A stretch of DNA of 64,000 bases from contig JAEDLN010000001.1 in NCBI GenBank assembly GCA_016295275.1, forward strand, positions 2,165 through 66,164, in the 5' to 3' direction. This document shows positions 40,209-50,800 of this stretch, piece by piece. The notes below the pieces were generated by a model. The model made no database searches and had not been told where the DNA came from. It worked only from the letters and a program-made list of their open reading frames with translations. Source of the DNA: Kiritimatiellia bacterium (lineage in GTDB: Bacteria > Verrucomicrobiota > Kiritimatiellia > RFP12 > UBA3636). The translations under genes and the position numbers were made by a program. The number at the start of each line of letters is the position of its first letter. The stretch's first letter is position 1.

Positions 40209-40802
40209 ATGAAAAATCCGTTCCGGAAAATGTCTCTTTGTATGCTGATAGGGGGCCTGATCTTCTCCACCCCATCCGTCGTTCTCGCCGCCAGAGAACC
40301 AAACCCCCGTTTTGCACCACCGCCACCACATGCGGTTTCTGCAAGACCTATGCCGCGGAACCGTCCAGCCCCGCAACGCTTCAATGGCGCGCATCGCCCT
40401 GCACCGCCGCCGCCAGTCGTCTATAGAAGCGATCGCCACCACAAACACAACCCGTCGATTTGGCCCGCCGTTGGTGTGGGACTCGGAATCGGAGTGGTCA
40501 ATGCCCTCCTCACGCCGCAGCCGTCCACGGTCCAACAAACCGTCTCTACGACCTATGTCGTACCAAGCGCTACGGTCTCGACGACACCGCAATCAGTTGT
40601 CTATACGCCCCCCGCGCCAACCACCGTTGTCGCACAACCGGCTTCAACGGTCGTTTATGAACAAACGACAGCACCAATCGTCGTGCAGCCGGTATCGACG
40701 GTCGTTTATGAACAAACGACGACAACAACACTCCCGGCACCGGCTCCTATCCGTCTTCCGGCCCCGCCGCCACCGCCAGTCGTGTTTTCATTCCAGTTTT
40801 AG
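40209..40802 (+). CDS. Secreted proline-rich protein with internal tandem repeat
   Basis: Signal peptide, PPPP runs, repeated STVVYEQTT units. Confidence 0.5.
   Translation: MKNPFRKMSLCMLIGGLIFSTPSVVLAAREPNPRFAPPPPHAVSARPMPRNRPAPQRFNGAHRPAPPPPVVYRSDRHHKHNPSIWPAVGVGLGIGVVNALLTPQPSTVQQTVSTTYVVPSATVSTTPQSVVYTPPAPTTVVAQPASTVVYEQTTAPIVVQPVSTVVYEQTTTTTLPAPAPIRLPAPPPPPVVFSFQF
40632..40735 (+). repeat. ~51-bp tandem direct repeat (2 copies) inside the proline-rich gene
   Basis: ccggcttcaacggtcgtttatgaacaaacgac... followed by ccggtatcgacggtcgtttatgaacaaacgac... Confidence 0.6.
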
Positions 40803-40920
40803 ATCCGAATCCGTTTTTGAGCGGCCTAAAGCGGTCTTTTGACCTTGTTCGAATTTCTCTGGAGAACGAATCAGAACCGGCTGGAATGTGCGGTCATACT
40901 GGCGGTTGGGCGCGATGCCT

Positions 40921-40975
40921 GGCCGCCATAGCCCGTGGGGGCTCCCCACCCTCACGACTCGCACCGCCCGAGCGG
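40921..40975. repeat. GC-rich dispersed intergenic repeat, copy 1 (core cccgtgggggctccccaccctc with GTGGGG/CCCCAC hairpin)
   Basis: 22-nt identical core at 40932-40953 and 56858-56879, with extended flanking similarity (~40 bp). Confidence 0.6.
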
Positions 40976-41183
40976 TGGCGAGCCACCCCTATCAGAGAAA
41001 ATACCCCCGGAGTAGAGATATTTCGGATTGCAAACGAGACCTTTACGCGGACGCTATTATTTGCGAGACGCATCCTCGTTCTTGTGATACAATCGAACAA
41101 ACGGAATACGCCTTCAGATCGTTTTCATCTCAATACGAATCCGATGCGTTTTTCTCGAAAACAGACTGTCTTTTCTTCCATTC

Positions 41184-42017
41184 ATGAACGATCAACTTTT
41201 CCAAGAAGCCCTAGACGCTTTGCCCGACATCCTTCGCGAAAAGCCCCCAATCCTTGCGATTCAACTCGGTTCCGGCTGGAATAAAGCCGTGGACAATCTG
41301 AGCGTCCTATGCGAAGTTCCATACGCGCAAATCCCCCATCTTGGCGGCGCAACCGTCATCGGTCATAGCGGAAGCCTTCTTCTTTGCGAAAAGGGAAACG
41401 GACACCGAATCCTCTGTTGGAGCGGACGCCGACACTGGTATGAAGGATGCGAATGGGAAGCCGTCGTGATGTCCGCCGTCCTTTCACACCGCCTTGGATG
41501 CCCGTCCTTCCTCGTCACAAATGCCTCCGGCGCAATCCGAACCGATCTCAATCCCGGCGATCTCGTCATCTTGCGCGATCATATCCGCCTTTCGCCGCTA
41601 TCTCCGCTTCGCGGCGAACACAACCCGCTCTTCGGACCGCGGTTTCCCGACCAGACCGAGGTCTACTCCGCCCCCCTTCGTGCCCGCTTGAAAGAGGCCG
41701 GGCTCCGGCAAGGTCTTCACCTTACCGAAGGCGTTTTCGCACTTGCTTCCGGACCTGCCTATGAAACCCCAGCCGAAATCCGAGCATACGGGATCCTCGG
41801 CGCCGATCTTGTTGGAATGTCAACCGTTCCGGAAGTCATGGTCGCATCCTCCCAAGGCATGTCCGTTGCCGGAATTTCCTTCGTTGCCAATATGGCCGCC
41901 GGAATCTCCGGTAAGCACTTGGACGGCGAAGAGGTCGTCGAATGCGCTCGACAGCATACCGGCAGACTTTCCCAAATCATCTTGGATTATATCGATTTGA
42001 CCATCGATCATCTCTAG
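41184..42017 (+). CDS. Purine nucleoside phosphorylase, PNP-I / MTAP family
   Basis: 277 aa. Motifs GSGW (phosphate binding), VGMSTVPEV and FVANMAAG typical of trimeric PNP/MTAP. Confidence 0.75.
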   Translation: MNDQLFQEALDALPDILREKPPILAIQLGSGWNKAVDNLSVLCEVPYAQIPHLGGATVIGHSGSLLLCEKGNGHRILCWSGRRHWYEGCEWEAVVMSAVLSHRLGCPSFLVTNASGAIRTDLNPGDLVILRDHIRLSPLSPLRGEHNPLFGPRFPDQTEVYSAPLRARLKEAGLRQGLHLTEGVFALASGPAYETPAEIRAYGILGADLVGMSTVPEVMVASSQGMSVAGISFVANMAAGISGKHLDGEEVVECARQHTGRLSQIILDYIDLTIDHL

Positions 42018-42077
42018 CCGAACACCCTACCACAAAATCGACGTATTTTCTCCTCCTCTCTCAACCTGAACGCTGCT

Positions 42078-42851
42078 ATGCTCTTTGGTATCTACACAGC
42101 CCCCGATCATGCGCAACTTGTTGCAAATGCCGGATTTGACTTTCTGGAAATTTCGGTCAATCACGCCACTTTTCCTTCAGAATCAACCGACGTTTTCGAA
42201 GCGCGAATCCCCGAAATCCGGTCCTTGCCACTGCCCGTTTGGAACCTTGTCGAACTCCTTCCGAAAACGTTGCCGCTCTTCGGCTCGGACGCAAATATGG
42301 AAGCGGCCGTTCAGCGAACGGCTACGGTTCTTCAACGCGCCAGCCGGCTGAACATCAAATCCGTCTGCTTCGGTAGCGGAGGGGCACGCATGGCTCCGCC
42401 GAATATGCCGCTCGATCGCGCATTCGACCAAATTGCCGAGTTTGTCTCGGCCATTGCCCCGATTGCAGAAAAGACCGGCGTGACCTTTGTCGTCGAAAAT
42501 CTCAACAAAAACGAAACCAATCTGCTCAATTCCGTAGAAGATTGTGCTCGTATCGTCCGAAAAGTCGGCTCCGATGCCGTCCGCTTGAATGTCGACGCAT
42601 TCCACTGGGCACGTGAACAGGAGTCGCCCGATGCGATTATCCGAAATGCAGACTTGATCGCTCACTGCCATATCGCAACAACGGCAAACCGAAAGGCCCC
42701 CGGCGATGAACCTTGCGATTTCCTTCCTTTCGCAAAAGCTCTCCAATCCGCCGGATACGACAAGACGCTCTCCGTGGAAGCCATCGTCGACAACCAGACG
42801 GAAGCCGGGTTCTCTCAAATCCTCAAAACCCTTCGCTCGATTTTCTCCTGA
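42078..42851 (+). CDS. Sugar phosphate isomerase/epimerase (xylose-isomerase-like TIM barrel)
   Basis: 257 aa. AGFDFLEIS, FVVENL and HCHIATTANRKAPG patterns resemble the AP_endonuc_2 TIM-barrel family. Confidence 0.55.
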   Translation: MLFGIYTAPDHAQLVANAGFDFLEISVNHATFPSESTDVFEARIPEIRSLPLPVWNLVELLPKTLPLFGSDANMEAAVQRTATVLQRASRLNIKSVCFGSGGARMAPPNMPLDRAFDQIAEFVSAIAPIAEKTGVTFVVENLNKNETNLLNSVEDCARIVRKVGSDAVRLNVDAFHWAREQESPDAIIRNADLIAHCHIATTANRKAPGDEPCDFLPFAKALQSAGYDKTLSVEAIVDNQTEAGFSQILKTLRSIFS

Positions 42852-42906
42852 ACATCCCCCTCCTAAAAAAGCTAAGCCCTACCGGCCGTTCTCTCCTCGA
42901 AAAACA

Positions 42907-42939
42907 CCTTCCGGATACGCATCCGGAGGGTGTTTTTCT
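42907..42939 (+). terminator. Rho-independent terminator
   Basis: ccttccggat-acgc-atccggaggg: 10-bp stem including one G-U pair, followed by TGTTTTTCTT. Confidence 0.65.
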
Positions 42940-43293
42940 TGCAAAATCACTGCATACAATCGAACACACTTGGTTGCTGTCCGAACTTTTTCTCGCTGTT
43001 CCCACACGCCTTTTTCCCTTGCTTTCGCCACTTCCCTTCTTCTGTTCGTCACGACCCAAATTCGGAAATGCCAAGACTTAAAAGACTCGGAAAATCAAAT
43101 CGAGTAATTTTGAGCCGTCCGGTGTCTTTCAGAAGCGCCCGTAAATGCATAGAAAGGCTTGCTGTGTCCTTTGAAATGCACCCTTGTATCTTCTACTTTT
43201 TTTACGCCTTTTCCTTGCTAGAAAAGGCTGTTTTTGATAGACTGGACCAAAAGAAGCAAATCGCGCAAACACAAGACCTATTCTGATTTTCAA

Positions 43294-45498
43294 ATGACAG
43301 ACTCGGCAACTGTTTTACACGCCCAAAAGCGATCGAAATTCATTACGATCCGATCCCTCTTTTTCGGATTTTTGGGGATCTTTTTCATTGCGGGAACTGC
43401 CAAGTTCCACGACAATGTCTTGATGGGAACCTACCTGATCGGCAATCAGCTTCCGCCGGCGGCGTTTTTCTATCTGTGCCTCATTGGACTCGGATGGAAC
43501 GGTATGTGGATTTTGCTCGATCGCCTGTTTAAGGCTGAACATCGGCTTTCCGATGCGCTCGCGCTTTCGGCCAAGGAAATCGCAGTTGCATTTGCCATGA
43601 CGCTCGTCGCCTGCTGGGCTCCGACCTCTGGTCTCTGCCGCTATTTCCATACCCAAATCATGATGCCTTGGTACTTCCTCAGCAACCACCAAAGCTGGGA
43701 GGTTCATGGCTTGTTGACCGAATATCTGCGTCCGGAACTCTTCCCTTCCCCTTGGCCCGGAAACCCCGACGTCCTTTCGGATCCCGCCTACGAACGGGTC
43801 TATCGCGGCTTTTTCACGGGATTGGCAAAGGGCACCGAGACGCTCTCCATCCTTCAGCTTCCCCTTCGCGCTTGGATTGCTCCCATGCTGATTTGGGGGC
43901 CGTTCCTGACTTTGTTTGCCTTGACCTTGATTTCCATCCAATTCCTGGTGCACCGCCAGTGGGCCTCCCATGAACAAATCGCCTACCCGATTGCACAGGT
44001 GACCGGTCAACTCTTTCAGATGAGCGACGAGCGCAAGCATGTTCCCGGCATTTTCCGCAATCGGCTTTTCTGGTGGGGCGTCCTTCCGATTTTCGTCTTG
44101 TTGATGATCGAGTATCTCGCCAAATGGTTCCCGGAAACAGTCCCCGCCCTCTCCACGTTCCTTCCCAACCTAAAGGGCTGGTGGGTGCCCCTGTACACGC
44201 ACATGCCCATCATCAAAAAGGTCTATAACTACGGGGCGCTTCAGGGGCAAACCATCTTCTTCACATTCGTCGGCATTGCCTACTTCGTGAGCTCCGAAGT
44301 CTCCCTCTCCGTCGGTCTCTCCTACTTCCTGCTTGCCATCTTCTCCATCGGCTACTGGCAGACGACGGGAACCATCATCGACGGATCGGTCATGGAAAGC
44401 CTTCGCGGCGGCGCCTTTACCGGCTTCTTCTTCATTCTGGTCTTTACCGGCCGTTCGTATTTCAAGGCCGTCTTTGCTACTGCGTTTGGCATCCGAATCA
44501 GGAAACGAGCGAAAGCGGATGCGGATGCCTCGCAAGAAGAAAAAGACTTGGCGACTCCCGATGAAGTCTCCGTTCTTGCCGCCCGCGTTATGATCGTCAC
44601 GTTCATCGGGTTTGTGATCCTCTTTTCTTGGATGTGCCAATCTTGGCTCATTGCACTCGTTTTCTCCCTGCTGCTGTTTATGCTCTATACGGTGTTTTCC
44701 CGTATGGTCAGCGAAACGGGCATTCCCTTCCTCCAATCCGGTTGGACACCCGGATCGTTGCTGGTCTATTTGCTGGGCCCCGCCGCAATCGGACCGCACG
44801 CCTTGACCTATATCCTCTGGGCCGGAAACAACATCTTGACGCCCGACCCGCGCGAGGCGCTGATCGGGTACGTCTCCACCGGTGTCAAGATTGCCGATGA
44901 CAACCGCCTGAATCTCAAAAAAATCTTTCTCTGGATCTGCATCGCCGCTCTGGTCGCCATGGTCATCGGTTGGTTCGCCGCTTCTTGGGTTATCTACAAC
45001 TACAACCCGACGGGCGACGCTTGGGCACACGCATATCCGCCCGTCACTCCATTCGATTATTCCGCTCGCCTTTTCGCGGATATGAAAGCGGCCGGCACCT
45101 TTGCCGCTTCCGAGGCGGCCTCCCCGATCGCCCGCTTGGGCATGATTTCCGGCTCTGCCTTGAAGACGCACTACTTCTTCTATGGCATTATCGCAATTAT
45201 CCTGCTTTCTACCATTCGTTTTCGCTTCGCCAAATTCCCCCTCCATCCGATTCTGATCCTGATGGCCGGCACCTATCCCGCTGCGGCCGCATGGTCCTCC
45301 TTCTTGATCGGTTGGTTCATCAAACAGCTGATCGTACGTTTCGGCGGAGGCGGCGTCTATCAACGGTTCAAGCCCCTCTTCATCGGCATCATCGCCGGTG
45401 AAATTCTAACCATCGGGTTGACCATCGTCGTCGATTTTGCCTACTACATCATCGTAGGTTCGCCATCGCCTGTCCGCGTCAACTTTATGCCAGGCTAA
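43294..45498 (+). CDS. Large polytopic membrane protein of unknown function (paralog A, ~735 aa)
   Basis: At least 12 hydrophobic segments and a charged loop RIRKRAKADADASQEEK. C-terminal region FLIGWFIKQLIVRFGGGGVYQRFKPLFIGIIAGEIL resembles the C-terminus of the 53076..55082 product. Confidence 0.6.
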   Translation: MTDSATVLHAQKRSKFITIRSLFFGFLGIFFIAGTAKFHDNVLMGTYLIGNQLPPAAFFYLCLIGLGWNGMWILLDRLFKAEHRLSDALALSAKEIAVAFAMTLVACWAPTSGLCRYFHTQIMMPWYFLSNHQSWEVHGLLTEYLRPELFPSPWPGNPDVLSDPAYERVYRGFFTGLAKGTETLSILQLPLRAWIAPMLIWGPFLTLFALTLISIQFLVHRQWASHEQIAYPIAQVTGQLFQMSDERKHVPGIFRNRLFWWGVLPIFVLLMIEYLAKWFPETVPALSTFLPNLKGWWVPLYTHMPIIKKVYNYGALQGQTIFFTFVGIAYFVSSEVSLSVGLSYFLLAIFSIGYWQTTGTIIDGSVMESLRGGAFTGFFFILVFTGRSYFKAVFATAFGIRIRKRAKADADASQEEKDLATPDEVSVLAARVMIVTFIGFVILFSWMCQSWLIALVFSLLLFMLYTVFSRMVSETGIPFLQSGWTPGSLLVYLLGPAAIGPHALTYILWAGNNILTPDPREALIGYVSTGVKIADDNRLNLKKIFLWICIAALVAMVIGWFAASWVIYNYNPTGDAWAHAYPPVTPFDYSARLFADMKAAGTFAASEAASPIARLGMISGSALKTHYFFYGIIAIILLSTIRFRFAKFPLHPILILMAGTYPAAAAWSSFLIGWFIKQLIVRFGGGGVYQRFKPLFIGIIAGEILTIGLTIVVDFAYYIIVGSPSPVRVNFMPG

Positions 45499-45532
45499 GT
45501 CCCTTCCCTTTTTTCAACTCCCCCTTCGTTCC

Positions 45533-47062
45533 ATGAGCACTACTTCCGTCTACCGCGAGATTGACGTCAAGACGCAGCATGCCATGTCCCTACGGGAAAC
45601 ATGGATTCTGTGCATCCGAAGCGTAAAACATCGACTCTTCCGCTCGATGCTGACCCTCGCCGTCGTCGTCCTTGCCGTCGCATTCTTCATGTTCCTCCTC
45701 TCGGAGAGCCTTTTCCAACGCTCCATCGCAAACGGCGTGTTGGAGGAAGAATCTTTCAACCGGCTCTCGCAGACCACCCTGACGCGGATGCTGTCCAATG
45801 CACCGGAATTGACAATGGTTCACCGACTGTCCAATACCGCCAACCTCCTTCAGTCCAAAAACGCGGAAAAGGTCGCCCAAGGGAAAATACAACTGGAAGA
45901 ATATGCCCGCGTCTCCGGTCTCGATGTCGCCACAATCGAGCAACTCGCGCAGACCGCCAGCCGGGAAGTGATGTATACCACTTGGTTGGCCGATCTTCCG
46001 ACCGGGCACCGCCTCAACCTCATCGGAAAACGATCCGGCCGGCAAGCCATCGAATACATTCTCGCCAACTCGCAGGATTTCCACGATCAGCTGAAGATCA
46101 AAATCGAAATCCGCATTCCCGGAAAAATTGATACCCTTGATGCTTTCCTTGCCGCATATCCGACATACAAATCGCAACTTGGCGAATTCAATAAACGCTG
46201 GAACAACGGTGTCTCAAAGGCCGTCGAACGCACGCTCGAACGTAAGGGCGACCAGAAGAACGTACCCGACAATCGCTGGATCGCTGCAGCCGATGCGCAG
46301 ACGATTGAGGCATGGCGTAAAGACCTTGCCGATATCGGCTTTCAGCTTACGCCGGAACTCGTGGCGACCATCCAATCGCAATTGAAAGACGCGAATATGT
46401 TCGCGGATCTCGTGGAAGCGCTCAACCGGAATACGTTCCGTGTCGAATGGGCCCGCGAGTTCAACGAAACCAAACGCTCCTCCGCCGAAGAGAAAATGCC
46501 GTTCCTGACCGATAAGCGGGCAATCAAACTGCTGAAGGATCAATTCACTCCGGAGGTGCTTGAAAACATGAAAACGCGTTATGAACGCGTGAGGCGACTT
46601 TCCCTTCTCAATAACCGCCTCGCAATCGTCACAAAGGCAACTCCGTCCTTTCTCGGACTTACCGGTCGGCAACTCTTTCTGCTCTTTATCTCCTTCCTCG
46701 TTTGCATGGTCGGCATCACCAATGCAATGCTTATGTCGATTACCGAACGGTATCGCGAAATTGCAACGATGAAATGTCTCGGCGCGACCGATTCCTATAT
46801 CCTTTCCCAATTCATGATGGAGGCTGCCTTGCAAGGTACCGCCGGCGGTATCATCGGCGTTGTGGTCGGTTTCATCATTTCAACCGTCCGTTGCACCATT
46901 CTCTATGGATCCTACCTTTGGACCTATTTCCCGGCGGTCGATTTGCTGTTTTCCGCAATCTTCTCCTTGGTTGCCGGCATCCTCCTTTCCGCCTTGGCTT
47001 CCGTCCAACCGTCCTGGTCCGCCTCTCGTATGGCGCCCATGGAAGCAATGAGGGTCGAATAA
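45533..47062 (+). CDS. MacB/FtsX-type ABC permease (N-terminal TM, ~330-aa extracytoplasmic domain, C-terminal FtsX 3-TM domain)
   Basis: C-terminal FtsX domain GITNAMLMSITERYREIATMKCLGATDSYILSQFMMEA...LASVQPSWSASRMAPMEAMRVE. Confidence 0.8.
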   Translation: MSTTSVYREIDVKTQHAMSLRETWILCIRSVKHRLFRSMLTLAVVVLAVAFFMFLLSESLFQRSIANGVLEEESFNRLSQTTLTRMLSNAPELTMVHRLSNTANLLQSKNAEKVAQGKIQLEEYARVSGLDVATIEQLAQTASREVMYTTWLADLPTGHRLNLIGKRSGRQAIEYILANSQDFHDQLKIKIEIRIPGKIDTLDAFLAAYPTYKSQLGEFNKRWNNGVSKAVERTLERKGDQKNVPDNRWIAAADAQTIEAWRKDLADIGFQLTPELVATIQSQLKDANMFADLVEALNRNTFRVEWAREFNETKRSSAEEKMPFLTDKRAIKLLKDQFTPEVLENMKTRYERVRRLSLLNNRLAIVTKATPSFLGLTGRQLFLLFISFLVCMVGITNAMLMSITERYREIATMKCLGATDSYILSQFMMEAALQGTAGGIIGVVVGFIISTVRCTILYGSYLWTYFPAVDLLFSAIFSLVAGILLSALASVQPSWSASRMAPMEAMRVE

Positions 47063-47065
47063 TTT

Positions 47066-47839
47066 ATGATTACGTTCAACGAAGAAGAATACGCCGTCGG
47101 AAAGGAAGTGCTGGTGTCGGTCCACGACATCAAACGCGTCTTTTGGCGTGGCACGGAACCCGTTCATGCGCTCGATGGCATTTCGCTCAATATCTACCGC
47201 GGCGAATATATCTGCGTCATGGGTCCTTCCGGCTCCGGAAAATCGACCTTTTTCAATATGGTGGGCGGCTTGGATACCCCGACAGCCGGACGGGTATTCA
47301 TCGATGGCGTCGATATGGCGCAGCTCAACGCCGAGGAACTGGCATTCCTCCGTTGCCGCAAGATCGGGTACGTCTTTCAGCAGTTCAACCTCAATACGGT
47401 GATGACGGCCCTCGAAAACGTGACCCTTCCAATGGTCTTCGCCGGTGTCTCCGCAGATGAAGCCCGTGCCCGCGGAATGGCTCTCTTGGATCGCGTCGGA
47501 CTCGGTTCCCGCTGGAACCATCGTCCAAAGGAAATGTCCGGCGGCCAAATGCAACGCGTCGCAATCGCACGCTCGCTCGCCAACAATCCATCTATTCTCC
47601 TGTGCGACGAACCGACCGGAAACCTGGACTTGAAAACCGGCAAGGAAATCCATTTGCTCCTGCACGATTTGAACAAAAACGACGGTGTAACCGTCATCTG
47701 CGCAACACACGACCCGAATATGCTCTCCGTGTCGTCTCGCATGGTCTGGATCTGCGATGGAAAAATCGACCGAATCGCCGAATCCAAACACGTTAAGATT
47801 GAAAAAGACTCTTTGGGCATCGAGGAAGAAGATGAATAA
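47066..47839 (+). CDS. ABC transporter ATP-binding protein (MacB/LolD/FtsE type)
   Basis: Walker A GPSGSGKST, signature MSGGQMQRVAIARSL, Walker B LLCDEPTGNLD. Confidence 0.9.
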   Translation: MITFNEEEYAVGKEVLVSVHDIKRVFWRGTEPVHALDGISLNIYRGEYICVMGPSGSGKSTFFNMVGGLDTPTAGRVFIDGVDMAQLNAEELAFLRCRKIGYVFQQFNLNTVMTALENVTLPMVFAGVSADEARARGMALLDRVGLGSRWNHRPKEMSGGQMQRVAIARSLANNPSILLCDEPTGNLDLKTGKEIHLLLHDLNKNDGVTVICATHDPNMLSVSSRMVWICDGKIDRIAESKHVKIEKDSLGIEEEDE

Positions 47840-50800
47840 CAGAATCGCCTCCCGTCATATCGCCGCCTCCTTGTTCGCAACACTGCTCCTCGGAGTGTCC
47901 GCTACCTCTCTCGCCGCTCAGGACGCTACTGCGCCCGCGCCCGCCGCTCAGGACGCTGCTGCGCCCGTAAAAACGGCGCGTGAACAGGCTCGCGACTCCA
48001 TCCCCCTCCTTTCGACCGATACCGTTTACGGTCGTGTCTGGAATGCTTTGGCGCCAATGGACAACCGGCGCGTCGGAACGGAAAACCTCGAAACGGCATT
48101 CGCCGTTGTCAGCAACGAATTGGCAAAGGCCGGTCTCCAACCGCAAATCCAGACTTTCGATTCTCTTAGCCAGATCACAGAGCGACTCTCCTTGACCTAT
48201 GGAGGACAGGAGGTCAAAGGCGCATTGATGATCGATAACGGTCCCGCAACGTTCGTGCGGGACGAGCCGATTGCCGGAAACGCCATCTATGTCGGCAATG
48301 GACGACTCCAAGATTTCGAAGGAAAGAATCTTAAGGATTGTATCGCCATTCTGGATGCGAATCTTCCGAGAGCCGCAATCGCCGATGTCATGACACACGG
48401 CGCAAAAGCAATCGTTCTGGTCGGCGATTCTTCGCTTTCAAACTGGGATCTCAGCGATGTCGGTTTTACGGCAGTTACCTTGATTCCAAGAGTTTTCATC
48501 GACCGAATCGACGCAGAACGGGCGGGTCTTCTTCAGGCGGACGGCACCAAGAAAATGGTGCTCGATGCGCGCGCCGTCATTCGCGATGTACCCGGCAAAA
48601 ACCTCTGGGTCGAACTGCCGCACAAGAAAGGATGGACCGGAAATCTCGAGGCCGAAGAAATCCTTCTCCTCTCCGCAACAATCGACACATACGGCTTCAC
48701 CCCGGACTACTCGCCGGATCTTCGCCGCGCCGCCAATGTCGCCTTGCTGACCGATGTCGCGGCCTCTCTTGCCAATTCCGGCGAATTGAATCGCCGTGTG
48801 ATCGTCGTCTTCTTCGGCTCGTGCTACGCCGGCCAAGAGGGTGCTCGGTTCTTTTACCATGCCATTGATATGGCAGATAAGAACATCAATAACCTCGATC
48901 TCGAAAAACGCGGCTTGGATTACGATGCGGAACTCGCCGAAGTCCGCGAACTCATCGCGTTCGCAAAGCAGAACAATATCATCGATGCACAGGGCCCTCT
49001 TGCGCGTACGCTCCAAATTCGCCTGAAGCGGGAATTGGTTTCCTTCAGCAACGCCCTCCGTACGCCAATCGGAAATCTTCGCGAACGAATCAACGCTCTT
49101 AAAAACGAACTCTCGGACGCCAATGACGAAACCGAAAAGGAGCGTATCCGGAAACAAATCGCCGATACCGACGCGCAACTGAAAAACGCCGAAGCCGAAC
49201 GCGAAGCAACCAATCTCCTGCGCGAACAACTCGTCAAAAAACACTACGATCCGGAAGCCGGCGCAAATGGCAATCCGCAGACCGATGTCGCCGCCATGTA
49301 CGACCGGATGACGACACTCGCACTCGATCGCTTGTATACGCGCCAGACGGAACTGGAAAACATGGTCGCCAACAATAAGACCTGGATGAAGCTATCCAAG
49401 CTTTTCGAAGGAGCCTATGTAACCGGACATTTCGATTTCGACTTCGCCGACGCCCATGCGCCTTGGATGCTTTCCATGATCAATGCCGGCGGTCTCTATC
49501 GTCAGGGTACGCCCAGCATCGGTGCCTATGGTCGCCATATATCCGCCATCCGCAACATCTACTTCGGAGCCTCCGGCCATGGCGGCATCTCGAAAGACCA
49601 TTTCCCGGGCCCCAATGGAGAACCGCCTTCCGCCGAACCATGGACATCCATGCTCTACGAACCGGCCCTTTCCGCGACTTACAAGCCCTATTCGCTCTCT
49701 TCTCGCTATCAACGCCTCGTTCCGTCCGCACTCTCGCAGTGCCTAGGTATCGCAGGCTTCCAGATGATGACGGCCGGAAAAGAGACCTCCCACGACAATC
49801 TTCCCTTCGCCGACTCCGTCGACCTCTCCCCGCTTCGCAACCAAATGGTTGCTTTCTGCAAGGAACTCGGCAATTCCATTGAATTCTCCCTTCGTAGCGT
49901 TTTTACCCCTCAACGGCTCGAACCCCGCCTGATCTACTACAAGGAAACGGGCGTCCGATTCCTCAACTACGCCGCCGGTTCGACCGACAACGAGGGAATC
50001 CCCCAGCGCGCCATCGTCTATTATACCGCATTCCCAAGACCCGAAGCTTGGGTCGGCCAAGGCGCACAGCCCCGTTCGCGAATCCTTGCCAATGGACGTA
50101 TTTATATGCCGTTTATCGGCCGTAACGTCGCCTCAACCTCTTGGCTGTTCACAACGGTCGCCCTTGGATATGACGCCAATGGAAAACTGGACCGTGTGAC
50201 AACCTCCGCCGATGCCTATGGCATCAAGGCAACTCCCGTCCACCTCTTCTACGCATACGGCGGCCTCGCATTCGGCGATGGCTATAAGCCCGATCCCGTT
50301 GGCGGCGATCTCTACGAACCGAAGACACTTGTCGCTTCAAAGGACGCTCCGCACAAAACATCGAATACCATCCTCTTGGAAGCCGGACGCTTCAAGGAAT
50401 TCTTCGCCGATCGAAACGACCCGATCAAAATTATCGGCGGAAACGGCGATATGCTCCTCGGTTCCGTCACAAATGCTCCCGGCATCGATCGATTGAAAGG
50501 TGCTATGGGAATCGGCGTGAAACTGGATGCCGATGCCCGCCTCCATGCAAACAATATCGAACAGGGTGCAAACGATGCATACTTGCTGAATGAGGCTCGC
50601 CTCGCGATTCTTCGCGAACGCAATATCGTACGCGACGATCTCGAAAAGTTCCATGCCGATTCGAAAGATCATATCGAAGCCGCCGCCCAAGCAACCCGCG
50701 AAAAACATTGGGCCTTGGCCGAAGCACACCAGATCTTCGCAAACTGCATCGAAAATCGTATCTATCGCCCGCTTCGCGGCGTCACCGAAGATCTCGTTCA

